Assembly: GCA_028534125.1 (NCBI GenBank)
Contig: CM052816.1
Coordinates: 37,884,001-37,948,000, forward strand
Origin: Lama glama
Taxonomy: Eukaryota
Reading direction: 5' to 3'
DNA length: 64,000 bases
Shown: positions 1 to 11,094 of the stretch, piece after piece
Numbering within the stretch: the stretch's first letter is position 1
How the letters are laid out: each line of letters opens with the position of its first letter
Notes under the pieces: generated by a model
Told to the model about the DNA's origin: nothing
The model's database searches: none
Seen by the model: the letters and a program-made list of their open reading frames with translations, nothing else
Position numbers and translations under genes: made by a program

Positions 1-579
1 TCTTTAAATATGTTTTCTAATGCACTGAAACTTTGAATAGCATTTAGAGTATACCATCTTCTCATCTCAGCTGCTCGCCATGCATCCTGCCTGAATTCTC
101 ACTACGACTTGGCAGTTACACACTGACCGCAAGTTCAGATTTATGAGGGGGCAACCATCCAGCTCTGTTTGTTTGCCTTTGGTTCGGCAGTCTGTTCCTG
201 TGGTGATTTCCACATGGCATACATGCAAGAAGGTCACAGTCATCTTGGTCCAGGGATTTAGAATCTAAATTACTTATTAGAAAAAACAAATCCACGGTCT
301 TTAGAGGAATACCAGACATAGCATTTTTTGGAAGGTGTTGTCCTAAAATAATCACACTCTTCCTCTGAGGCAAACAGAAGGCTTTAGTCATTGTGGTAAT
401 TATACACACACACAAAACAGAAGCTTTCCTATAGGTGTCACTGCTGTGAGTATACAATAAAAATCTAGCTATACAGAAAGACCCTATACTTCAAAATATA
501 TTTTAAAATATGGGAATGCTAAGATTACAGGCAAATTAAATTAACTGCATTATTAGTATGAAGAAGCAACATGTGTATT

Positions 580-626
580 CATATATATATGTGTATATGT
601 ATATGTGTGTGTGTGTGTGTGTGTGT
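580..626. repeat. Compound (TA)n/(TG)n microsatellite
   Basis: Directly visible: catatatatatgtgtatatgtatatgtgtgtgtgtgtgtgtgtgtgt. Confidence 0.95.
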
Positions 627-960
627 ATTATTTTAGACTGAAACTTGAATGTATTCAATATAAAGAAAAGGGGCAGTTGTAGATGACTTGAGATGGAAGG
701 CTCATCCATAGCATCTGAACCATCTGCCAGCCATTCCGTATCTCTGGGTTGCCAGTTGTATTTGGGACTTGCCAAGGAGCCAGATGCTCTTATGGCTTTC
801 CATTGTATAGTAACTGCTCTCCAAAGAACAAAAATAGTAAAAATACAAGAATAATGTTATTCCTTCTATGTATTTTAAATATTTTTGTTTTCTGTGTTTT
901 TTATTCTGATATTAAATGAAAATCAATACTTGAATACAAACTACTTTTTAGACATTAACT

Positions 961-1078
961 TATAATGGAAAAGAGTCTGAAAAAGAATAGATAGATGTAT
1001 ATAGATTTGTATAACTGAGCCATGTTGCTGTACATCTGAAACCAACACAACATTGTAAATCAACGTTACTTCAATACA
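961..1078 (+). mobile_element. L1 extreme 3' end, short 5'-truncated fragment
   Basis: taatggaaaagagtctgaaaaagaata...gctgtacatctgaaaccaacacaacattgtaaatcaac...cttcaata is clearly homologous to the L1 3' termini at about 20090-20200, 42930-43020 and 50165-50255 in this window. Confidence 0.85.
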
Positions 1079-2544
1079 GAACAAGACTTTTGGAAATTAA
1101 ATTTATGCATTCCAAAACTGAATCTGTTATATGTCCCTCAACCATGAGGAGCAAATAGGTGAAGGAAAATTACTTAGGATACCAATACATTCTGTATGTC
1201 TACATTCTTGAAAGATTTTAAGGCTGGTTAAGAGGAGGCCAAAAGTTACCAGAGGTAAAAGATAAAAGCACAATGTTTCAGTACTCACATCATAAATATT
1301 TATTTTTTGAGTTAATAAATGGAATTAAGAGAGAAGATACACAAAATTAGGAGATGAACTATTATCTTTACCACAGAAAAGGACATCAGAATGGAAACTG
1401 GGCCCTTGATGATTCCAAGGACATAAAGATGTTTACGTTAGCACGCGGTATGGGAGCAAGGGTGGGGAGAAGACGAAGGCCAGTGGAACAACCTGGCAGG
1501 GCCGACACACTCTATTAAAGAGGCATTTTGTCACCACTGACCAGCTGACAGGTTCCCTCTCCTGAAGCATTTTATCCTAAATCTGGATCTCTGAATACCT
1601 GGTATTTTGGCTCCTTACTAATTTTAAAGTCTGTTTTATAGTACCCTCCATGCCAGCTTAGCCCAGCAAGGTGGAGACATCCCTTCCACGTCCTAGAAAC
1701 AGTCGTCTCTGTCTGTCTTGGTCCCTGTCTTACACACACCCGCCTCACCATCATCCTACGAGGCTTACTCTTGCCTCACTCTTAGCCCTGTATCAATCAA
1801 ATTTCAGGAAGACAGTGGGAACAGATTTACACATTGACAAAGAGTCACTTATTTTAGTAAGGATCATGAATTGGGGAGTTAAGTTGATCACGTCCTTCAA
1901 CCAAATCACCATCAACCTGATTATCATCATCAAGAACAGCTCACCTGAAAACTTTGGTAAAAAAAAAGAGTGGGGCTACATAACTTAAAAGACCACAGAG
2001 ATGCCCGTCGTATTGTGGGACATGTAAGAATCGGAGGTGTTAGCACACGAGAAGGAAGGAGGAAGGCACTTCCAAAGCATAACTGAATTTGAATTTCTTG
2101 CCCATGTGGCAGGTAAGGGGCCCAGTACAGATCATAGACGGTTACAAGTCGGGGTACAGCATCCACTGGGATGCACGGCAGCATGTGCACACCTCTGCTA
2201 AAGGACAGTCGCTGCTTGTTCTTGCGTTTCACTCATACCTATATGCTCGTATTTTCAGGTTGTTGCTGCCTTTTCTTCAAATTGTAATTGAAGTACAAAG
2301 AAGAGTGCTGTTGTTTACACTCGAACATTTGCGTCCTCTCTCCTACCCATTACTGGACTAGATACCATAGTATATTCTAAGAGTGATGTACCAATATATG
2401 GGGTAAAAAGAGTTTTACTGAACACTATGAATACTCAGCGTGAAGTGGCTGGAATGTAGTAAGTGCCTATAAATATTAAAAGTCATTATTGATCTGTATA
2501 TAAGCAAGAGGCATCACTGCGCTGCAGAGGGCATGTAATCAATC

Positions 2545-2670
2545 CATAGCCTAAAAATCCTGGTTTCCAATTCTGGGCACAGAAGTTTCATTAAAAATCC
2601 CTGAGCCTCATTTTCTCCTATAGATGAAACATAATAACAGCTCTTATGTAAGATTAATCAAAGATTGAAT
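2545..2670 (+). mobile_element. MIR SINE relic
   Basis: ctgagcctcattttctcctatagatgaaacataataacagct resembles the MIR core (ctgagcctcagtttcctcatctgtaaaatgg.ataata). Confidence 0.6.
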
Positions 2671-3009
2671 TTTTTAAATTTATTTTAAAAATATTTTAGA
2701 AACAAGATGCAGCTTATAAATACTACTTACAACTAAAAGGACAGAGCTTTCCTTGACTCACTTTGCTAGTCTATGAAACGTATTTGAAAAATCCCTCTTT
2801 GATTTATATTTTATATTCTTTCAGAATATAGCATGTCTCTTTTTCTCAAGTATAAAAAGTCACATAATTTTTGAAAAATATGAGTAATATAATAATACAT
2901 AATACAAATTAAGAATCATTTTTATACCATCCAGGACTGAATCCTGTACCACATCAGCAGCATATTTCTAGGTTTAAAGACCTTGTGCCTAGTTTATTTA
3001 GTTACTGTT

Positions 3010-3955
3010 CCTGAGTATTATCCTACCTTCCTGCCTGTATAAGCCAAGTTGCCATGTCGTCTGTGCTCCTCCTGTGGGAAAGTGCACATCCTTGCTCATT
3101 TACACTATGCAGGTCCTCGTGACTTGCTTTGGCCCAGGGTATGTGAAGGGACATCAGTGTCTCCCGTAGGGGCTGCTCCTCCAGCCTGGGTTCCTGAGTC
3201 CTGGAGCAGCAGAACATGGAAGACAGCCTGTGCCATGCAGAATGGGATGGCCTCCATGACTTCTGTCCCTGACGTTGCTCCCATGATTGTCTTTTGGTAC
3301 AAGGCAAAAGGGATTTTTATGCCACAATGAAGGTTTCTAATCAACTGACTTTAAGACAGGGAGGTTATCAAGGTGGGCCTAACCTAATTATGTCAGTGTT
3401 TTAACAGCAGAGACTTTTTTTTCCTGAAATAGTAGACGAGGAAATCTGAGATACTGAAAACATGAGAGAAAATCAATGCAAGGAAGATTCTCTACTGCTG
3501 AGATGAAGAAGGCCACGGAGCATGGACCTGGGAGCAGCCTCTAGGAGGGGAATGATCCCTGACACTTGGCAAGAAAAAGGCTGATAGCCTGCAAGAGAAA
3601 GGGGGCTGCAGCTCTGACTGCAAGGAACTGAATTACATGAAAAACCTGAATAAAGTTGGAAGCACATTCTTTTCCTGAACATCCAGATAAGAACCTAAAC
3701 CTGCCGGGACATTGACTTGGGCCTTGAGAGCCCCAGTGGACCCCTGACCTATGGAACTGTGATATGATAAAAGAGCATGGTTTATAAGACACTACACAGG
3801 TGGTTATTTGTTGCATTACAACAGAAAAATGATACAGAGCTACAGGGACCACCAGCCCATGGCAACCCACTTAGAGCATAAATAAGAAATGAATATTGTA
3901 ATAAGCCATTGAAATGTGAGGACTATTTTGTTACTTCAAAGCCCTAATTAATATA
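3010..3955 (+). mobile_element. Older MaLR LTR (MLT1I/J-like), split by a younger MLT1 insertion
   Basis: Left part gtgacttgctttggccc...ctgctcctccagcctgggttcctgag; right part aaataagaaatgaatattgtaataagccattgaaatgtgaggactattttgttac...ctaattaatata, a typical MLT1 3' end. Confidence 0.6.
3229..3836 (+). mobile_element. MaLR LTR (MLT1D/E-like), solo
   Basis: TG...CA termini (tgtgccatgcagaat...aaaatgataca). MLT1 blocks ggcaaaagggatttt, gggaggttatc..ggtgggccta, gcaaggaactgaatt, gacctatggaactgtga. Confidence 0.8.
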
Positions 3956-3964
3956 CTATATCTT

Positions 3965-3997
3965 CACACACACACACACACACACATTCATACACAC
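3965..3997. repeat. (CA)n microsatellite
   Basis: Directly visible CA run. Confidence 0.95.
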
Positions 3998-6464
3998 TGA
4001 GTGTTTTAGTGCCATTATATAAATGGCATTATAATAAAAAACATTACTGTGTAATTCAGTCATTCGCTCAATAATTCAGTGTGGAAATTTTTCATACCCA
4101 TAAAAATGGACTCATAGTACTGTGTGTACTTCCTTTCAATAAGAAACCTGATCTGACAAACTTTTAGGTTTTACAAATAATTTTAAAAATCCAGCAGCAT
4201 CCTTTTGTATAGATAGCATTTTTCACACTGTGCCCTCCAGAAGGAGGTTACTAATTTATAGTCTTCATCATTTATTTTAATAATTTATTAACTTGTAAAT
4301 TTATAATTGTTAATATTTTCTTAGTTTCTACTGCTATATATGTATACACACACATCCTTTCATACAGTTTTAAATGTTATGAAACCAAACGTTTCTAGAC
4401 CTTTTATTTTTGTGTTGACTCGTGTCCATTCTCGTAATTGATAAGAAAAAAAATAAATTTCAAGCTAGAAATAATAGAAATATAAGCAAACATTCTTTCC
4501 TGTACCTTCCACATTTTCTGTTGGTATTTCAAATAGCACTTGAAAAGTCCAAATTTTAAAGCCAGAGCAGCTGTTCAGCAAAATGTTCACACAAAACAGC
4601 AGGCTAGTACGCTCTCAATAGGTTTGTGTAACAAACAACTGAAAGTTGTTTCTGCATAAACGTGAAGTTCATGGCCAACTACAAGTTTATGTGTGTAATT
4701 TAGGTCTAACACTGGAAAAGATAGCTTGGAATGTGCATATGTGGTAGATCTAAGGAGATGAACTCTGGATAACCATGGAAGCAATGAGAAGTTGAGAACA
4801 CTTTTCACCCAGATAACTTAAGGTATTGGCTTGAGTTTAGCATCGTTAATTAACATTTTCCTCAGTAAATTTCCTTACAATTCCTTTCAAGCAAATACTG
4901 TTTTCTCTATTCAAATCTTCTGAGCCTGATTACAGTAACTTACTGTCTTTCTTTTTGGTACAATGGGTGTCTATATGTCATGATGTTGTGTGTACACCAT
5001 GGAAATCATATGAAGTTTTTGAGGTTATTTCAAAATGAAAGACAGTGTCTAGTCTGAAGATAACAATGACAAAGTGACAAAATCATAAAATAAGTTATTT
5101 CTTTTTTGTCTGACTGAAGAGTTTTAACTCAGTTGATAACTTCCTCTTGGTACTGGTTATATTTCAAGCGATTTCATCTGAACTTACAAACAAAACTTGC
5201 TTTCGAAAAACATCTAATCTTTAAAACATTTAACACACACTAAAAAAAAAAAAGAAAATTGTACTCTTGGCCAAACTAGCTCTAGTTGCATTTCCTGTTA
5301 TATTGGAAGTAAAGTTGTCTTTGCCAAGAAAAGACTAATAATGTATATAATGCCAGTCCTATCTGCATTGTTTGCTTGATTGCTTTTTAGCAGTGGGAGT
5401 TTGAAAGCTGAAGGCAGTAAATGGAATTATAAGCTCTGTACCTCATTATATGAGAAAAAAAATAATTATATGTTAGGACCCAAATTTCAATGGCATATTT
5501 TATTTTTTATTATTGTGGCTATGCAAAAATTCCTCAAAAGTATGAATATTTATAGGACCTTCCTGTAGAATACTTTAACATTCTTGTTCATGGATTTTTC
5601 ACTTTGAAACCAAATACAGAGACCTCAACTTGCAGTGATTCACTCTACGAGCACTCTAACTACAACTAACATAGTATATTCTTTGTGACACAAGCAGAGC
5701 TAGAATGTAACATATCACCCAGATAACTGAGAAAACAACAGCAGAGATTTAATCTACCAGAGGTTGATAATTGTATTAAAAAAATTAAGTGACCATTTCC
5801 TCAAACTTCTTAAAGCTTTCTATTGAAGTTTCGTCAAGAAAAACTTCAGAATTCCATAATCTTCATGATAAAAATACTTCATCTTTTGATTTGTTCTAGT
5901 TAGTAAGTTTTTTAAAAAGAACTTTTTGTAAAAAGCTGTGAGTCTGTATCATATAGGTATTATTTATTTGAATAATGATTGCTATTTCTCTTATGAGGAA
6001 GAAATTGATATCTAAGCTACAGTCAGTGTGGAAAGAAAGATGTGGTTAGTAATACCCAGCCTTTTGATTTCTGTATTTCTGTCTAACCCCTGACCTAGCA
6101 ATTTCTGCTGGATCCTTGAAGTTACTTTCTTCTGAGAAAATCTGTCCTTTAAATCTCTTCTCCTACCTTGGTGAAAATAGACCATCTTGCATGACTGCTA
6201 CTTAATTATTCAAACAACTAAATAATGTGTCTTTTCATTTCTTTTAAAGATCATGAATACACGTTCAATGATTCACCATGTTTAGGTCTTAATCTATTTT
6301 GACTTTGAACATTTTTTCTACAGATGTAACTCATAATGAGAATATCCACTCTCCTTCCAAAGCATTGTAAAGATAAAACCATCAAAAAAAACTACCATTT
6401 ACTTTTAAACAACCCCCATCCAAGTAGAAAAGACATTAAGTTTTATGCACGACTTTAGAAAAAC

Positions 6465-6920
6465 ATAATCAATTAGTATTTAGTGAGCGTCTATTACGTA
6501 TCATGTATTGAGATCACAAGAGAAAAAGTTATGAGCAAGCTGTTCACTATTTTAACGAAGCTTACCAATCATTTGGGAAAACAGAAATTGCAATGTAATT
6601 TCAAACTACTTCATAAATGATGGTGTATGTAGTGGTAAATACAGAGGGCTATGGGAACCACAAGGGAGATCATTAGAACTATTATGAATTGTTGTTGGGG
6701 GTTGCACCAACATGAATTCTTGATGGAAGTTGCAGGCAGTGAAGCGATCACAGAAGAAGAGATACTTACATGACTTGAACTGATGAGTTCATTTTAAACA
6801 AGTGAAGAGGAGCAGAGAGTGGGGGAGGTCAGAGAGAAGGAGAGCTCCAGGAAGGAGAAGCAGTAAGCAAGGGCTTGCATGCTCAAGTTCTAGGGAACAT
6901 GGCCAACTGTGGAAATGAAA
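6465..6920 (-). mobile_element. L2 LINE 3' relic
   Basis: aattagtatttagtgagcgtctattacgtatcatgtattg...aaatacagagggctatgggaacc, the typical reverse-strand L2 3' pattern. Confidence 0.5.
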
Positions 6921-8329
6921 CGATCTTCAAAGTGCCTATCCATTTCTGTTACCACATCTTGAAACTAAGCTTTCATTATTTAATAGCTTCTACTATATTT
7001 CATTATTTTGTTTTGTCTTGTTTTTAGTTTTGTATTCTGGCTATTTCCTGGGCTACTTCAAAGCCAGAAAATTTAGGTAACATACAGGAAAGATAGCCAT
7101 TATGCAACCACGAGTTCTAATACTTTCATCTTTTAAAATGAGAATAATCTAACAACATGTTAATTTTTTAATGAGAAAATGTGCACTGAGTTTCATCCAA
7201 GAGACTACTGATATTTTAGAATATATCCTTTCTCAAGTAGCATTGAAAATTAAATCATAAGAAATTTGCCATGATTTGAATCTTTCCTATAATTTCTGGT
7301 AAGTAATATGTGAATCTCAACTCAGAAATCAAAAGAGATAGTTTGTGTTTATTTCCTCCCTCCAACTAAGGAGCATGCTCAAAGGTACACCAGAAGTTTT
7401 CATATCTGCTATATAGTTCCCTATTGGAAATAAGAGATACTGAGTAAATGCTGATTTCTTGATTGAATATGGATCCTAGAAGTAATGTAGGAACCAAATA
7501 TCTCTTTACAGACTCACTCAAGGTACAGATTATAAAATTTTGACTGAAATAGGAATTATATTGAAAAGTGCTACGTTGTTCCATTTCTTTACATGCACTT
7601 ACTGTGCTACCACTGATACTTTGAGAAGCCACTTTTGTTCCTAAGCAGAGAAGAGCTTTATTTAATACAGGTGGAACAGTAATTATGATCAATGTAAATT
7701 TCCAAGCACAGATTGTGCAAGCTGCTGGTGCTGGCAGTGTATTTTGTGTGTATTGATATCCACATGCCAAATGTTGTATCTATTAGCCCAGAGACATCAG
7801 CGGGATTGGACATAAGCTGAATACCACATACTGAAAAGTAAACAGGAATTCAGTATCTTAACTCAAGATGCAAAATCAGCACGAAAAATTGAATGAATGA
7901 GAGTGAAAAAAAAATAGATTGAAAAAGCTTGCTGGAATTTAAACTACTAAATTTAAACTTCTCTAGAAATTCAACATCATTATCACTTCATTATACATTC
8001 TGTTTCAGGTTTTGTTCTTGCTTTCTGTAAATTCCACTGTATTTTTTTAAATACTAAATTCTGGAATAATGTAAGAAAGGATTCCTGTGGGATAACTAAC
8101 ACAATTAGTATAAAATATTTGACTTATAAAACATGAAAATGTGGGTAAAATACACAGAAATATGTTATGTTATAAAGCTTAATAATTAAATGAATGTTGG
8201 TGAACCTGTGCAGCAACATATGAGCTACAATATTACAAATACCATTGAAGCTGCCGCATGCTGCCTGCAATCCCATATGTACTCTGTAAATTCTTCTGTT
8301 AAACCTGTTGGAAATCATCTTCCAAAAAC

Positions 8330-9905
8330 GTGTGGCCTGACATTTAACGTTCTTTATGGTGTCTACTGATGAACATCAATCTTAAATTTTGTTAATTTCT
8401 ATTTAAAGTTCATAGTCATTTTATTCTTCCAATAACAGTCTCCTGTATTTCTAGAAATGGTTAAATATTTCATTTTTCAAATTGAAATATTTAGTCCATA
8501 TTAATTTTTGTGGATGGTTGATGTATGGATTACATTTCAAATTTTTGTTCCACTTTGATAGCCTATTGTCTCAACATCATTTAACTTTCTTTAAAAAAAA
8601 TTTGGTTTGGCTATACATTTATTGATTAAATACATTATTCTTTATGGTGTTGATTATACCTGTCTTTGAAAGGGTATATTGCTTCATTTATCTAGATCTT
8701 TCAATATCTTTCAATGTGTTTCAATTTTCTAAAGTTCTTGCACATCTTTTGATTACTACATCCCTTGATATCTTACAGTTGCTATTCTTGTTAAACATTG
8801 TTCTTAAAATGTCTTATAACTATTTTTATTGATAAATGTAAGTGCAATTCATTGTTTATGCCAATTATCTGCAGAACTGCTAAGTTCTTACACAACTCTA
8901 ATAATGATAATTTGTCTGTAGGTATATTTTTGGGGGCCTTCATATAAATATCCATATAATTCATTAAAAATAAGAGTTACTTTTTCCTCTCAAAGTTCTT
9001 TTTTTCTGGCACCATCTAGGACTTTTAGTACCTCTTGATATAGAACTTGTTATAATACCCTTCTTTGTCTTGCTGCTGCTTGAAAAGAACTCTTTCTAGC
9101 ATTTTGCCGGAGGACACTGTATTTGATGAGCATTCTGATAGACCGAGTTTAGGAAGTTAAATAGGTTTCCTCCCATCCCCAGTTTGCTAGGTGATTATAC
9201 ACTGAATAGTCACACATTTTGTCATGCACTTTTTCTGATTCTATTAAAATGGTATTATGGATTTTTCTTTTATAATCTGTTACTGTGACAGATTGTACTT
9301 ATGGATTCTATAATGTGAAACCACTCTTGCATTCCTAGGATATAATCCTAATTCTTTTATATGCTGCTGCTAAAACTTTGTTTTAGATTTTTGTGTCACT
9401 TCAAGGTCCTTGTTTGATATCAAGGTTTGATTTTGATAACAAGACTTATTAACTAAGTTATCCTCCCTCTTATTCTATTCTGTTTTGAGGTTGTAATTAT
9501 AAATTATTTAAACTTTTGCTTGAACTCACCTGTAAAACCATCTGGACCTGGTATCTTCTTCATAAGAAATTCTGAATCACAGATTTAATTTCTATAGTTA
9601 TTCTAGGTAACTTACACTTCATCTTTATTCTTGGTTTAGTTTTATTACATTATATATTTCAAGGTATTTGTCCATTCAATTCTAACATTTTAATCTTTAT
9701 CTTTTTTTGAGATTTTTGTAATACTCTCAGTAACTGTTTAATCCATGCTGTTTCTTTTGTGTGTTTTTTTCTTTTTTTTTCCAATTTCCAATATTATTTC
9801 TTGCACGCTGTTTCTCTCCCTCTTTTTGTCAGTCTCATCAGAAATATGTTTCTTTTGTCTTTTCACCAGAGCCAAATTTGGGCTTTGTTGAACTTCTCTA
9901 TTGCA
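8330..9905 (-). mobile_element. Ancient L1 (L1M-type) ORF2 fragment
   Basis: Antisense ORF2 blocks: gaaaccactcttgcattcctaggatataatcc, gaactcacctgtaaaaccatctggacctgg, tttcctcccatccccagtttgctag. Confidence 0.75.
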
Positions 9906-10594
9906 TTTTTAAGGAACCCAATTGTGGTGACATTCTCCCATGGGAATTTAAAGTTTCTCCTCCAGAATCCAAGGAAAGTTACTAACTTGAGGCTAGTTTA
10001 ATTCTCCTGAATGTTTATAGATCTGTGAGACAATTTAAGGGTCAGCCTTCAGTCAGTCTAGTGGAGAATATCAGGCTGAGTTTCTCCTTTTCCAATCTGA
10101 CATTGTCATTTTTTTGTAAATGCAACCTTGGTTCTGGTTGCAGAAGTTTCCAAGTGGCGGTTTTACCTCAATGGCTTATTTTTATTTTTATTTGTCCTTG
10201 GACATTTCCTTTGCTTACAGTGCTTTCAAAGTGTATTTGTTGAAAATTATCTAGGATCAAGTTATATTCTCGTAGGAAGTCCCTTCAGGGTATCTTTCTG
10301 TCATACTGCTGGAAATGGAATTCCCATCTGAGATATTTTCAAAGGTTTAGGTATTTCAGATAACCTTTATTAAATATTTGATCTTAGGAAATGCGTGTCC
10401 TTTGAAGTCTGCTCTTCAAACCTTTAGGTAAATTAGGAAAGTAACTTAAGATTCAACAATTGAAGCCTTAGCTGTTATTCTCTGAAAATATGAAAATAAA
10501 TTCCTCCACGCCACGAGAAATCTCCTTCCAATACTAATGTCTTACCAACTGTTTCATACGTATTTTAGCTCTCTTGGTATTACTGAAAAGGGAA

Positions 10595-10935
10595 CAGGAA
10601 AACTAACATTTATTGAGCCCTTGCAATGCACCAGATATTTTATTAGTTGTTTTTCATTTGCCAGCTCAATAAATCCTCAGACTAATTTTATGACTGAGTG
10701 TTATGGCCATGTTTAATTTCAAGGAAAAGCAATAAAGAAATTTGCACAGGCTAATGGTAGTTTAAGGTTTGAAACTGAGTTCTGTTTGACCTAAAGTTAT
10801 TCTACAATATAGTGGTACGACCTACTTCTATTTTATAGATGTGGAAATGCAGGCTTATAACATCTAAAAAGAAGTTATCCAAATAAAACTGAAACATGAG
10901 TCTCTCTGATTTCAAAATCTATGCCCTTTCTAATA
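10595..10935 (-). mobile_element. MIR relics (two adjacent fragments)
   Basis: actaacatttattgagcc...; ctattttatagatgtggaaatgcaggctta...tctctgatttcaaaatctatgccctttc. Confidence 0.6.
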
Positions 10936-11094
10936 TATTTGGTTCTGTACATGGATCATTCACACCGTAAGATACAGGATGACATTTCAAGTCTCACATA
11001 ATCTTAAACTATCAGGCCTATACGAACAGCATGTTTTTATCATCACTCCTTTAAGCCATATATTAATACAGATATCCACACACTGATATATCTA

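Noticed and set aside
116..457. 113-aa minus-strand ORF, possibly a terminal exon (DSKSLDQDD...ELAVSV)
   Set aside because: I recognise no protein family, the candidate acceptor has a poor pyrimidine tract, and no upstream coding exons link to it.
7366..7830. 134-aa minus-strand ORF and a good-looking acceptor (cctgtttacttttcag) near 7831
   Set aside because: No recognisable domain, all frames from the acceptor hit stops before a convincing donor, and the ORF start is non-ATG.
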